Origin: an uncultured virus (IMG/VR IMGVR_UViG_3300001486_000425)
Lineage: Duplodnaviria; Heunggongvirae; Uroviricota; Caudoviricetes
Virus record (IMG/VR): IMGVR_UViG_3300001486_000425
Length of the DNA stretch: 64,000 bases
Direction: 5' to 3' (one strand)
Program-made: the position numbers and the translations under genes
Shown here: one piece after another, positions 20,700 through 32,297 of the stretch
How the letters are laid out: each line of letters starts with the position of its first letter
How positions within the stretch are numbered: the first letter of the stretch is position 1
The notes under the pieces: generated by a model
The model's input: only the letters and a program-made list of their open reading frames with translations
Told to the model about the DNA's origin: nothing
Databases searched by the model: none

Positions 20700-23600
20700 C
20701 TATCCTTCTTCTTGAATTAATTCATCGATAGTATCTGTAATAATTTGTAATTGTGCTTGTACTGGCATTGAACAAAATGTCTCTATATATTCTAATGCAT
20801 CACTCATCTCAATTAAAAGATCCATAGTATTATCTACAATAGAAGAACAATCTTTTATGCATAAATCATCATCAGAAATATCAAATCTACCTACTAGTTT
20901 ATCATTATACATAAAAAATGCAAGCTGTATAACTCGATCTTTCCCTAAATCCCATATATACATAATACTATCATCAAATATATTTGTGATAATAGTAGTT
21001 GGCTTTGCCTCTTCAATTCTTTCTTCTATTGCAATTAGATCTATCATGTCTATTCCCTCTCATATTTCTTAAAAAAATTATATTACTAATTATATTTTTT
21101 GTAAATTAATTTTTAAAAGTTAAGAATTTTTTATAATTATAAGTTCATCTTCTAATTTTTTAGACGGAATAATTAAAGCTTCAGCACCATAACAACAATT
21201 TTTTAATAGATTTGGACAATCACATAATCTATAATTGTCAATATATTCTTTATCTGCTTCATAGAATATATTAAATGTATTAAGTACTCCTTGAATTTGT
21301 TCTTCTGTTAAATTTAATCTTTTAATTCTTGATCTAATAAATGCTTCTGGATTTTTATCTGCTGAATCTATATAGTATGAGCCATTATTTATCTGTTGAG
21401 TAATGACTATATTATCAAAGTCTAATTTTTCAAAGTTAATCCAGTCTCCATTTTCTTCCATCATATTTTCAAGTAATTGATTTATATATAATGACTTATG
21501 AATAACAATTGAAACATCAAAACTACAATATAATACAGAATTATTAAAACATTTTGCTAATCCAATAGAGATTGGATCATTATCATCAATTCTAATAAGA
21601 GTATTTATATTATCACCTTGTAATAATGTTCCTTTAAAAGTAATTTGATCATCTCCATTTTCAACTTCTTTTAAATCAAATTGATATGTAAATTCACCAT
21701 TATAAGAAGATACTTTGCAAGTTCTAAAATCGTCCACAGTAAATTTACGTGCAAGTAATTTTTCTAAAGTAATAGTTTCTTCAGTTTCTTCATCTTCATT
21801 ATATAATTCTAAGTTCATTATTTTATCTTTAGTATGAACACCTTCAATTAAATTATAAAAATCAGAATATTGAAGCATAAATTCTTTACATTCTTCATAT
21901 ATCTTATTATTTATAACTTCTGATTCATCTTTAATAAATCTTTTAAAATTGCCATTATTATCCACATATAACATTAAAACTTTATAACAAGTTAATGTTT
22001 TACCATTTTCATATTCATTTATAACTGCTGTATTACCAAAATTTTTATAAGGATCAAATTTTGCGGTTAAATTATAAGTATTTTTTAATTTACCTAATCC
22101 CATTAGTTTCCCTCCTAAATGTCAATTAAAAAGAGGTGCATTAGAGCACCTCCTTTTATTATTTTAATTTTTTTGTTATTGATCTTAATTCTAGTTTTGT
22201 TTTTCCAATGCATTCGTCAAAATAAACATTATTTTCTATTTGTTTAAATTGAACAAGTGTTTTAAATATATTTAATAATTCATTACGTTTTCGCGATAAA
22301 CTGTCATCGTCCATATTACCATAAAATCCAATCTATATCATAATATCTTTTATATTTAGAACCTTTTAAAATCTCATAGTTCTCTTCGTCAAACTTATTA
22401 GTTCTTCTAAATCTCCTAGCTGCATCCTGTCTATAAGGCTTAATTCTTGGCCCATATCTATATACTTTAAATACAGGCTTTTCAATTACATCTACTAATT
22501 TACGAGCCTTATATGCAGGAATAACCTTTCTTATTGTTTTTGTTGCATCTCTTCCAGTTCTGAAGTATTCATCAAAATCATATACTGTATATTCTTTAAT
22601 GCGTTCAGGAACCATATAATATTCATATCTATGATGTTCTTCAGTTCTTCTAACACCATATCCGCCTTTATACCATGAATATTCATTATTATCATGTCTT
22701 CTAGCTCTTTCTAATTTCTTATGTCTAGTTTCAATTCTTCTAATTCTATGACGTGCCTTAATTTTTCTATCCATAAAATCTTTTGCTTTAGACATAATAC
22801 TCACCTCTTGTTTATTTGTATAATTATATTATAATATAATTTTTTAATTTTTAAACCAAATTACTTAATCTTTATTGAATCTCATTCTTAATTTTAAAGG
22901 AGTTGAAATTGTAATTTGATTTGGTTGTCGATGCTCTTTATTTGCCCAAATAAGTTCATTTAATTCAAGTCTTGCTTTTTTAATCCAAGGTTTAATATCT
23001 GCATCATATGGGCAATTATCATCAGTAGTCCCATCTAAATGATAGTGATATTCTTTATCATTATAATAAATTGTAATTATTACAGGAATATCTAAACTAG
23101 CGTCGATACGAGCATCAACAGTTACATGATTATCTTCATAAACTATCATACTTTCCTCCATTCGCTAAATTTAGTTATTTCTATTACAATTTATATAAGA
23201 AATATAAATTTTTAATCATCATTAAGTTCTCCTCTCAATTTTCCTTACAGGTGTTATAATATTATAATTAAATAGTCTAAGGTCAATTATTAAAATTTAT
23301 TATAGAATATTCGAGTTTAGCACCTATTTTAGGTCCATTTTCTTGTTGTATATATAAAATATAAGCGCCAAACATTTCTTTATTCATAATATAATCAATT
23401 TTTATAACTGGATATTTCATCAAAAAGTCATTTATTAACTCAACTAATTTATTAGGACTTTCTGCTTCCAAATATGTAAGTTTAGTAAACTCATCCGTTG
23501 GCATATCATTTCCCTCCATTATATTGTAATTTATCTTACTATATTTGTAAAATTAATTTCTCCAAACAACATCTCTAACTTGACCATCACTGTATAAGAT

Positions 23601-24459
23601 CTTTTCAAGATAGTCACCAACCATTCTATCTACTTCTACTAATTCACCTTGTCTCCATCTAGTTAATGTATCTTCTTTAATTCGTCTTGCTTCTTCAGTA
23701 TAAAAACTATATGGTCCCCATTTTCTTTCAGATTTATAAATTTGTTTATCTAAGAATCGAATAATAATATCTTCACTTAAAGGTTTACCTATAAATTGAG
23801 TCCAATCATACATATCATTATACTTTTCTTTTTCAATTTCTTGAAGCTCTTTTATTCTTTTAAATTCTGCATCTGTAAATGATCTATATGGCTCTGAAAA
23901 ACTAAATGTATCAAATTGATATGTTCTAAGGTCGTAATTTCCTTTACCGTGTCTATTTTCCCAATCATTTGTTAATTCTTTTGCTTTTTCAATTAATTCT
24001 CTATCATCAGTTATTTCAGGATAACCTCGTTTACTAATGATTTCTTGATCACGTATTTCTGTCATTTTCCTGCTCTCCTTTTTTATTTATTACTTGCTTA
24101 ATATAATTTAAAAATGCATAATTATTTCCATCCATATAATATCCAGGTTCTAATTCGCCTTTATACCATAACATTGTTTTTTCAGTTAATTCTTTATCAT
24201 CACAAGGTCTATTATTTAAAATATCTTCAATTTGCTGTATTACTTCATTATTAATAAGATGCTCTTCTACTAATGCTAAAAATACATTTGGCCCACACAA
24301 TGAAAGCATTGGATATTTAGACGCATTTTCTATTTCTTCATCTGAATAGACAGGCTTTCCAGTTGCTGAATATACATAATTTTTAGTATATAAGCTTGGC
24401 ATATCTGGAAATGCATCTTTAAACATTTTAAACTCAATTGGTTTCATATCTCTACTCAT
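20700..24459 (-). other. Hypothetical CDSs 20700-21047, 21120-22103, 22316-22804 (Arg/Lys-rich), 22865-23161, 23283-23519, 23553-24065, 24049-24459
   Basis: ORFs with RBS; TTTACA-17-TAYAAT promoters at 21077-21105 and 23523-23551; CTATTT-type promoter at 23261-23275; hairpin terminator near 22128-22158. Confidence 0.75.
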
Positions 24460-24531
24460 ATTTTCCTCCTAAATATAAAAATAGCTCAAATATGTCTGAG
24501 CTATAATTAAAAAATAAATTATAAAATTAGT

Positions 24532-25044
24532 TTAATTTATAATCTTTTCCATTACCCAATGACTTTTAAATTCATCATCCATATGCATATATACTCCAAC
24601 TTGAATATCTAATACATTAGTAGGATCATCTTTATCAATTAAGTGTAATACGTGACCTTCATTTACATTATACTTTACACCATTTATATCAATTTCATAC
24701 ATTGCTTCTTCACCACGATGAAGATTTTTTACTGTTCTAGGACCATCTGGACCTTCAACAATATCTCCAACTTCAATATCATTTGACATTTTATATCGTG
24801 TATTTAAAGGCAAATCTTTTCTATCTTCAGCTTCAGTAATACTAAAAGCAAGTAATTTTTGATTATTTTCAGAAATTTGATCCATAAAAAAATAATTATT
24901 CAGAAATATATGCCAAAAATCTAAATAATCTTTAATATTTACTCTAATTGGTTTATGATTATAATTCTTAAATAAACAAAGTTTAAATGTATTATCTACA
25001 TACATAAAACTTTTATCTGAAAATGTTATCTTGTACTCCACCAT
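24532..25044 (-). CDS. Stand-alone partial Hint-domain (intein middle fragment) protein
   Basis: KMSNDIEVGDIVEGPDGPRTVKNLHRGEEAMYEI...VNEGHVLHL matches the intein N-terminal region including the block B His; no N-terminal Cys and no C-terminal HN. Confidence 0.8.
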   Translation of the reverse strand: MVEYKITFSDKSFMYVDNTFKLCLFKNYNHKPIRVNIKDYLDFWHIFLNNYFFMDQISENNQKLLAFSITEAEDRKDLPLNTRYKMSNDIEVGDIVEGPDGPRTVKNLHRGEEAMYEIDINGVKYNVNEGHVLHLIDKDDPTNVLDIQVGVYMHMDDEFKSHWVMEKIIN

Positions 25045-26279
25045 CTTAATTCTTCCTTTGTCTTAGGTATTTTAAGTTTTGTTGATTTACTTAACTTTTT
25101 AAGAGCTCTTTTTACAGTTGATTCAATACATTGTTTTGTTACTCCAAACATTTCACCAATTTCAACATATGTTTTAGGATTATCATCATCCCAGCCGTAT
25201 CTAAGCTTAACCATTATTCTTTCTCTTTTATTAAGTTTTTGGTTCATAACTTCTTCAATTTGATCTCTAAGTACTAATCTATCTGTATAACTCTCTGGTG
25301 ATTCTGTTTCTTTATCCTCAAGAAATTCATATAGATTATCATCTTCATTTTCACCAGTAGGTGTATCAATAGAAATAAGTTCAGTTTGATATATAAATAA
25401 GAACTTTTTTGCTTGTGCTGCAGTAAGAGGAGGTTTTACACCATCTCTTCTTTTAACATTTTTATTAAGATCATTCTTGTTACAATAATCTGCGATTTCT
25501 TCAAATGTTGGTTCTTTACCTGTTTTATTCATTAAAGCGGATTTTGCTTTAAGAACTGCAAGTGCTTGTTCAGTTGTATGTATCGGTATTCTAATTGTTT
25601 TACCATTATTTGCAATTGCAGTCTTAATACCATTAATAATCCACCAAACTGCATATGTAGCGAATCTAAATCCCATGGTATAATCAAATTTATCTAATGC
25701 AATAAGTAAACCAGTATTACCTTCTTGAATAATATCCATTATACTTAACTTTAATGACTTATTTGCGTATTTTCTAGCACAAAATAATACAAGTCTTAAA
25801 TTTCTTTCAATTAATTCTTGCTTTGCACTTTCATCACCATTATGATATTTCTTAAAAAGTTCTACTTCTTCTTCTTTAGTAAGATTTTTTCTTTTAATTG
25901 CAGAAACATCACCTATATATAAATTAAGAATATAATCACTAGAAGTATTAATTTCAGTATAGTTTGATGCCTTATCTTCTTCTTCAATTTCTTTTTCAAT
26001 TTCCTCTACTTCTTCTAAAGTAGTCATTTCAGAAGTATCATATTCAGCATCTTCTTCTTCAATAGTTTGATCTTCTTTATTTTCATTAAACTTTGCAAAA
26101 GCGTCAGTCTTTGGTATATTAGTTACTTTAATATTATTATCTATTAACCAATCAATAGACTCTACAAGATAATTTGTAGTTCTAAAATCCTTATTTCTAA
26201 AAATAATATTTTTTAGTTCAGGAAAATCAATTTTCTGAACATTAAGATTTTTTAATTTACGTTCCAACTTCTTATTCAT
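25026..26279 (-). CDS. RpoD/SigA-like sigma70 factor
   Basis: LIERNLRLV, DIIQEGNTGL, FDYTMGFRFATYAVWWI, TIRIPIH; region 4 HTH. Confidence 0.93.
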   Translation of the reverse strand: MNKKLERKLKNLNVQKIDFPELKNIIFRNKDFRTTNYLVESIDWLIDNNIKVTNIPKTDAFAKFNENKEDQTIEEEDAEYDTSEMTTLEEVEEIEKEIEEEDKASNYTEINTSSDYILNLYIGDVSAIKRKNLTKEEEVELFKKYHNGDESAKQELIERNLRLVLFCARKYANKSLKLSIMDIIQEGNTGLLIALDKFDYTMGFRFATYAVWWIINGIKTAIANNGKTIRIPIHTTEQALAVLKAKSALMNKTGKEPTFEEIADYCNKNDLNKNVKRRDGVKPPLTAAQAKKFLFIYQTELISIDTPTGENEDDNLYEFLEDKETESPESYTDRLVLRDQIEEVMNQKLNKRERIMVKLRYGWDDDNPKTYVEIGEMFGVTKQCIESTVKRALKKLSKSTKLKIPKTKEELRWWSTR

Positions 26280-26281
26280 AT

Positions 26282-27532
26282 TTAAAATATATAATCCTTT
26301 TTATAATTATCATCTGAAAAATCACAAAATGAATTAGATGTAAAATACGCTTTCAATAAATTACCAACACTACCTCTTTTTAGCTTTGCACAAGCTCTTT
26401 TTTCCATTTGTTGAACAGCTTGATGTTTTACTCCAAATTCTTGCGCAAGATCAGTTAATGTTCTAAAATTATGTTCTGGATTTAATCCATATCTTTGTCT
26501 AATAATATAACATTCTTTTTTATTCAATATAGTAGGTAAAAGTTTATTAATTTTTTCAAGCAAATCATCTCTTTCAATTTCAGTATTTGGAGAATATTCA
26601 GTAGATGGAATAAAATCTCCAAGATCAGAATCTTTATCTTCTCCAATTTGAGTATTTAATGAAATTATTTTAGAATTAATTAGATCTCTTGCAAAATTTA
26701 TATAATCTTCATTTATATTTAGTCTATAACAAATCTTATAACCGCGCGTAGCTAAAATTTTTACAATTTCTGCATTTGTTGGAGATTGTCCTTTTTCTTT
26801 TTCAAATTTATTTATTACGTAGTTAACATTTTTAATTAAATCTACAACCCAACTAGGATATTTAATTGTTCTACCTTCAGTTGCAATTATTCTTAAAATT
26901 TTACTTCTTATCCATTTTTCAGCATAAGTACTAAATTTAAGATTTCTAGATAAATCAAAACGCTTTAATGCTTCAAGAAGTCCCATATTTCCTTCTTGAA
27001 TTAAATCATCTAGAGCAAGACTACAATCGTATCTGTCATTATAGTATTTAGCAATTTTTACTACTAAAAGTAAATTGTGGTAAATAAGCTCATCACGAGC
27101 TTCTAAATCACCACTTTGTGCTTTTCTAATATATTCATATTCAGTTTCTTTATCTAATACCGAAGTATCAAGTACATCAAGATCTCTAAAATATTGTACT
27201 ATTGCACGTGGTATTGAATTTAAAGTAATCTTTTCAATTTCTTCTAATTCTTCTTTATCTACCTCAGTTTCTTCTTCAATAATTGAATCGTCTATATCAT
27301 CTTCTAGCTCAAGTATTTCATCAAATACGTTTGGTTTTGCTTTTGTTTTTGTTTCTTCTATTATTTTTATATTTTTATTTTTTAAATAATCAATAGCAGC
27401 ATTTAGTATTGATTCTTTATTTGCATACTTTTTATTAGTCGCTAACAAAGATTTCAATTCTTTTATATGAATTTCTTTCTTTGGTAAAGACTTAAGTATG
27501 TTATCAAGTCTAGTCTGTAAATCCTTTGACAT
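26282..27532 (-). CDS. RpoD/SigA-like sigma70 factor (second copy)
   Basis: NLLLVVKIAK, DLIQEGNMGLLEALKRFD, KFSTYAEKWIR; region 4 HTH. Confidence 0.93.
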   Translation of the reverse strand: MSKDLQTRLDNILKSLPKKEIHIKELKSLLATNKKYANKESILNAAIDYLKNKNIKIIEETKTKAKPNVFDEILELEDDIDDSIIEEETEVDKEELEEIEKITLNSIPRAIVQYFRDLDVLDTSVLDKETEYEYIRKAQSGDLEARDELIYHNLLLVVKIAKYYNDRYDCSLALDDLIQEGNMGLLEALKRFDLSRNLKFSTYAEKWIRSKILRIIATEGRTIKYPSWVVDLIKNVNYVINKFEKEKGQSPTNAEIVKILATRGYKICYRLNINEDYINFARDLINSKIISLNTQIGEDKDSDLGDFIPSTEYSPNTEIERDDLLEKINKLLPTILNKKECYIIRQRYGLNPEHNFRTLTDLAQEFGVKHQAVQQMEKRACAKLKRGSVGNLLKAYFTSNSFCDFSDDNYKKDYIF

Positions 27533-27548
27533 GTTTCCTTTCTCTTCC

Positions 27549-28319
27549 TTACATCAACAATTTATACAAGTTAGAGCCCATATAATGTCTAAGTTCTTCA
27601 ATCATTTCTTCTGGAACTCCATAATATGCTTCAGCCAAAGCACCTGTACAACAAGCAATAGTATCACTATCTCCTCCAATAGAGATTGCATTTCTTATTG
27701 CGTCTTCAAAATCTGTACTTTCAATAAATGCAGCAACTGCTTCAGGTAATGTTCCCTGGCAAGAAGCATCAAATTTATATGTAGGCCGAATAATATTAAG
27801 ATCCGGAATTATATATCCATACTTCTTAATATGTTCAGCAACCTTATTTTTATCTTTTGTAGTTCTAGCAATATAAATAGCACCTGCAAATGCCTTTGCA
27901 GCTTTAATTGCTTCAGGATGATTATGAGATACTGCAGTTATAAGTTCTGCATAATGTTCAATATCATTAAGATTATCTAACTCAAATCCAAGAGAAGATA
28001 TTCTCATTATTGCACCATTACCATAACTATTATAAGGTGCAGGATGATCTGACTGCAACCATTTATAAAATTCAGATCCGTATCCAGCTCCAGGATAATT
28101 TTTTCCATAAGACTGCATTATTGCAATAACAAATTCCTTAGCTTCATTATCTGTAAGCTGAAGAGATTTAATACTTCTAATAGCATCCTGTACAGCTAAT
28201 GACATAATAGTATCATCAGTAGGTCTACATCCATCATCAAAAAAATCAAATGACTTAGATTTTCTATTTGACTGCTCAAATCTACTTCCAACTACGTCTC
28301 CAATTACAGCTCCAATCAT
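27549..28319 (-). CDS. ADP-ribosylglycohydrolase (DraG/ARH family)
   Basis: GAVIGDVVGS, TDDT, SYGNGAIMR, SHNHP, GGDSDT. Confidence 0.93.
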   Translation of the reverse strand: MIGAVIGDVVGSRFEQSNRKSKSFDFFDDGCRPTDDTIMSLAVQDAIRSIKSLQLTDNEAKEFVIAIMQSYGKNYPGAGYGSEFYKWLQSDHPAPYNSYGNGAIMRISSLGFELDNLNDIEHYAELITAVSHNHPEAIKAAKAFAGAIYIARTTKDKNKVAEHIKKYGYIIPDLNIIRPTYKFDASCQGTLPEAVAAFIESTDFEDAIRNAISIGGDSDTIACCTGALAEAYYGVPEEMIEELRHYMGSNLYKLLM

Positions 28320-28373
28320 TATAATATCTCCTTATTTATTACTTTTAGATTACACTTTTATATATCTATTCAT

Positions 28374-28402
28374 ATTATATATCAATCTTTCAAAGTAGTA
28401 AA
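28374..28402 (-). promoter_or_regulatory. Sigma70/SigA-type promoter of the ARH-sigma-sigma-Hint cluster
   Basis: TTTACT-17 nt-TATAAT. Confidence 0.65.
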
Positions 28403-28419
28403 TAATTTTTATTATAAAT

Positions 28420-29493
28420 TTATAATTGAGATAGATTGTAATTTTTGTAATGATCATCTGAAGTAACTTCTTTGATAATCTTTATTTCTTTTGGAATATT
28501 GATTATTTCATCTTCATTTGTAAGTTCTATTTCTAAAATTGCTTTGTTTTTCCAAAATGGATAAATATCAATTTCTAAGTAACAATTATCGTATGTCATA
28601 CAATATCTTGTTTTTCTTATTTGGTGCTTTGTTGTATCAGCACTCATTAAATAATTGATATATTCATTTATTGAAAGTCTTTTTTCTACTTCTACACGTT
28701 TAGTAGCAGAAACTTTTCTTTTTGTTGTTTTTGTATAAATGTAATTACCATTTATACCTCTTTGTCTAATTCTAACTTCCTCATTAGGATCATCACTAAT
28801 TAAATAAGTTTGAATAATATCAACTTTTTCAACATTTGGTAATGATTCTAACCATTCAATATTTGGATATTTAATTAAGAATTTTCTTTCAATTTCATAA
28901 GGTTCAGGTTCACCAAGGAAAGAAGTAATTTCTTTCATGAGCCGCTTAATCTTATCATCAAAATTAGTACTATTATCAATAACTCTAAAATGTGGATGTC
29001 CTGTCCAAGCTGCTATTCCTTTATCATCCATTATAATTGCTTCGTCAACTGTTTCTCTTCTTGCAGAATTATTTGCAGTCGTATAAAAAGCTTTTGCGCC
29101 TTTTGCAGCAGTAACTAAATGAAATACAGCATCGTAATTGTCCCGTAATTCTATTTCATTTGTATGCAATGCTTTACAAATTTCATTAAATTCTTTTTTA
29201 GTTGTATAAATTTTGCTATCTAAAGCACCTCGGTCTAATATAATAACTACTTTTTCATCTAAACTTTCAGCAATTCTTTCATACATTTTTTCTTTGTATA
29301 ATTGATATTCTAATAAATTTTTTTGAAAATTAGGTAATGTGTGAACAATACCACTAGTAATAAATTCAGTTGCAGATTCTGTAATAAAAAATACTCTGTA
29401 ACCTAATTGACTAAGTTCTTCTTGAATTCTACTCATGGCAGTTGATTTACCTGCGCATGGACCTCCAGTTATTACAATTTTTTGTGCTTTCAT
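28420..29493 (-). CDS. AAA_28-type P-loop NTPase fused to a CYTH domain
   Basis: ITGGPCAGKST, LDRG; EIERKFL, VRIR, EIDIY, LEIEL. Confidence 0.88.
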   Translation of the reverse strand: MKAQKIVITGGPCAGKSTAMSRIQEELSQLGYRVFFITESATEFITSGIVHTLPNFQKNLLEYQLYKEKMYERIAESLDEKVVIILDRGALDSKIYTTKKEFNEICKALHTNEIELRDNYDAVFHLVTAAKGAKAFYTTANNSARRETVDEAIIMDDKGIAAWTGHPHFRVIDNSTNFDDKIKRLMKEITSFLGEPEPYEIERKFLIKYPNIEWLESLPNVEKVDIIQTYLISDDPNEEVRIRQRGINGNYIYTKTTKRKVSATKRVEVEKRLSINEYINYLMSADTTKHQIRKTRYCMTYDNCYLEIDIYPFWKNKAILEIELTNEDEIINIPKEIKIIKEVTSDDHYKNYNLSQL

Positions 29494-29507
29494 TTATACA
29501 TCCTTTC

Positions 29508-30275
29508 TTACTTTATAATAGAATCGTGCATTACAACAGGAGTATTTTTTTCCATACATCCTGTACCACCAGCAATAAGTATTGAAACAGACGGAATAGT
29601 TTCTAATAATTCATCATTTACATTTTGATCATTTAAATACCAACCAATAGGAGCGATAGTTTGTCTTATTGGATGAATAGTTAAACCTAATGGAATAATA
29701 TTCCAAAATTTATCATCGTCTGCATTTAATGATGCTTTTGTTGGAATAGGTGCTCGCTTTTTACATTCAACTACAATATATCCAGCATCAATATCAGTTT
29801 TTACATAGAAATATGAATAATGAATTGATTTATCACTCATTTCAGTAACAAAATCTTTCTTATCAACTTCTTTTCCTTTTCTATCATAACTAAGATATAT
29901 GTATCTACTATCATAAAAGATAACGTCTGTTCCAAGTCTATTTGATGCAATATCCCAAACCCAATCATCAAATGGAGCTTTTCTTAAGAATAAAACTCTA
30001 GTCAATACTGCTAATAATCCAATAATAGCAGCAAGAATGAGCATTCCACCAAAAATATATTTTCTATAAAAACTTGTAGCAGTAATAAATTTAAATACAG
30101 GTACTTTAGTTAATATAAATGCAATAATTCCCATTACTAATGCAAATATTGATAAAAATCTACAAATTTTAAAGAATTTAAAACAGTTTTGATGTCTTGG
30201 TTGTATACCTTTTAATACTTGCTCTTGATCTTTTGAGTCGGCAATATTTTCATCTAATCGTTTTCCGTTAGCCAT
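29508..30275 (-). CDS. N-terminal fragment of an FtsK/TcpA-like membrane ATPase ending in a 16-aa split-intein N-fragment
   Basis: Two TM helices, IPLG, SILIAGGTG (first half of Walker A), then CMEKNTPVVMHDSIIK* (intein block A, 29558-29511). Confidence 0.8.
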   Translation of the reverse strand: MANGKRLDENIADSKDQEQVLKGIQPRHQNCFKFFKICRFLSIFALVMGIIAFILTKVPVFKFITATSFYRKYIFGGMLILAAIIGLLAVLTRVLFLRKAPFDDWVWDIASNRLGTDVIFYDSRYIYLSYDRKGKEVDKKDFVTEMSDKSIHYSYFYVKTDIDAGYIVVECKKRAPIPTKASLNADDDKFWNIIPLGLTIHPIRQTIAPIGWYLNDQNVNDELLETIPSVSILIAGGTGCMEKNTPVVMHDSIIK

Positions 30276-30290
30276 GTATATATTACCTCC

Positions 30291-30632
30291 TTAAATATAA
30301 ATATCGAATGGTACATTCGATTTAAAAGGTTCTCGCCAATTAATATCTGCTGTACCATACCAATGTATTGAATCATCTTCAAAAACTTCTATTTTACTAC
30401 TTTCAATATGATTGAATTCTATTGCAAATATTGATGCAATTGGATCTTCTATCACATAATTTTTCTGTGGTATACAGAAATTACAAGTAAAGTTTAATTC
30501 AGATATTTCAAAATCAATATTATTATTTTTTACAATAAGATTTATAGAACAAATATAACCTAAATCTTGCTTTTTAAGATCTACATCTTTTTGAGCAATA
30601 TAGTATTCTATGCCTCCTACTATACATTTCAT
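30291..30632 (-). CDS. Hypothetical protein
   Basis: ORF with RBS, coupled to the sortase stop codon. Confidence 0.7.
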   Translation of the reverse strand: MKCIVGGIEYYIAQKDVDLKKQDLGYICSINLIVKNNNIDFEISELNFTCNFCIPQKNYVIEDPIASIFAIEFNHIESSKIEVFEDDSIHWYGTADINWREPFKSNVPFDIYI

Positions 30633-31483
30633 TATTCTACTCCTTGTTTTTGATAATCTTCTATCTTAGGTGTACCTAACTGTCTTGCAATAACTACTAA
30701 TCTACCATCTTCATGTGTATATTCACAAGTTACTAATGTTAAGAACTTATCCATATGAATAGTAGGATCATATTTTGTTGCAATCATAGAACTATTTTTT
30801 ACTTTATATCCGAATCTTACTCTTTGACCTGCGCCTGGCATATATGTATAACTTTCCCAGTTAAAAGGTCTCTTTGCATTTGGACAAGTAAATACTGAAA
30901 TTATTTCGTAATATCTAATTTCATCTTTTAAATACACTAAAATAAGAGGATGCTCTTTTACAAATGACGCTTTTTCATATCTATTAAGCTTACCAAACAT
31001 TTCACCAGATTTCATATTATGTCCATAAATAATAATATTATCACTATCTGTTGTACAATTTTCAGACATGAATAAACATCCATTTTTATTCTTCTTCTTA
31101 TAAAAGTCATGAGTTAAATAAGTATATTCTCCCATTCTATCATTACTAGATGATACAACTGGATATTCAAGATTAATTCCTTCCATACTTAACCAAAATA
31201 CATAATCTTTATTTATATTATGCATCTTATTATACTTATCTAGTAATTGTTGTTTAGTATCATTAGATAAAGGCGCATTTGGATCTGCAGGAACTGTAGG
31301 AGTTTCCTTATTTTCATCATCATTATAAAATTCGTCAGTTACTTTTTTGTACGCATTATTATTTGCAGCAGCATCCCAATAATATTTGGCAAGTGTTGAC
31401 ACTGCAAAATAACCAACAGCAATACCAATTAAAATTACAATTACTGCAACAATTGTACCTTCCTTATTTCTTAAAAATCTCAT
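30632..31483 (-). CDS. srtB: Class B sortase
   Basis: N-terminal TM; IIYGHNM, FLTLVTCEY, GRLVVIAR. Confidence 0.9.
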   Translation of the reverse strand: MRFLRNKEGTIVAVIVILIGIAVGYFAVSTLAKYYWDAAANNNAYKKVTDEFYNDDENKETPTVPADPNAPLSNDTKQQLLDKYNKMHNINKDYVFWLSMEGINLEYPVVSSSNDRMGEYTYLTHDFYKKKNKNGCLFMSENCTTDSDNIIIYGHNMKSGEMFGKLNRYEKASFVKEHPLILVYLKDEIRYYEIISVFTCPNAKRPFNWESYTYMPGAGQRVRFGYKVKNSSMIATKYDPTIHMDKFLTLVTCEYTHEDGRLVVIARQLGTPKIEDYQKQGVE

Positions 31484-31487
31484 TTTT

Positions 31488-32278
31488 TTAATTTACCTTC
31501 TTTCTCACATCTTCTACAATATAATATAAATTATTATTTAAATTTTTAATAGTTATAGTAATTTCTGCGTTATTCTTTTTTATAAATGGTAATACAAATC
31601 TATGTAATGCTTCTCCATGAGTTGTTGCCATTTTACCTGCTGTTTCTGGATAACATTTTCCAGGTAATTTATGACAATATTTCTCAAATTGTTCATATAA
31701 AGTCATTTGTATTACTTCCTTACAAATTCAGCATCTTGTTTTACATTTTCTTCTAAAGCATCTATATCTTTATATAATACAATTGTATCACCATTGTAAA
31801 ATCCTTTTGAGAAACCAGTATCAGATCCAAAGAACATATGTTTGTTCATAATTTCATCCAAAGGCATATTTTCAAATATTCCACCAACTTTTTGCTTTGC
31901 CCAAGTTGCTATTTCTAAATATGAATTATTTTCAGGATAAAAATACCAAGAGTTTTCTCTATCTCCTCCAACAACTTCAACATTTTCAATATTAGGTTCA
32001 ATTTCTTTTAATCCTAAATTAATTTTATTTAAGTATTCAAATGCTTGAGAACTAATATATGCATTTGATTCTTTTAAATATCTCAAATCTTTAAGAATTC
32101 TACAAATATCATGTGTATATTTAATATTTGATTTTAATGCTTGCCAAGATTCAAACCATTTTAACCCTCTTTGTTTAATTGAATTTGAATCTGTTGTAGT
32201 AAACTTAAAAACTAATGCTGGATTTGCATTCAAAAATTCAGAAACACTAATCCAAAACTCTTCATTTAGATCTACCAT
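31488..32278 (-). other. Hypothetical CDSs 31488-31706 and 31712-32278
   Basis: Tiled ORFs between the VirB4-like gene and the sortase. Confidence 0.7.
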
Positions 32279-32297
32279 TTTTCATCTTCTCCTTTAA

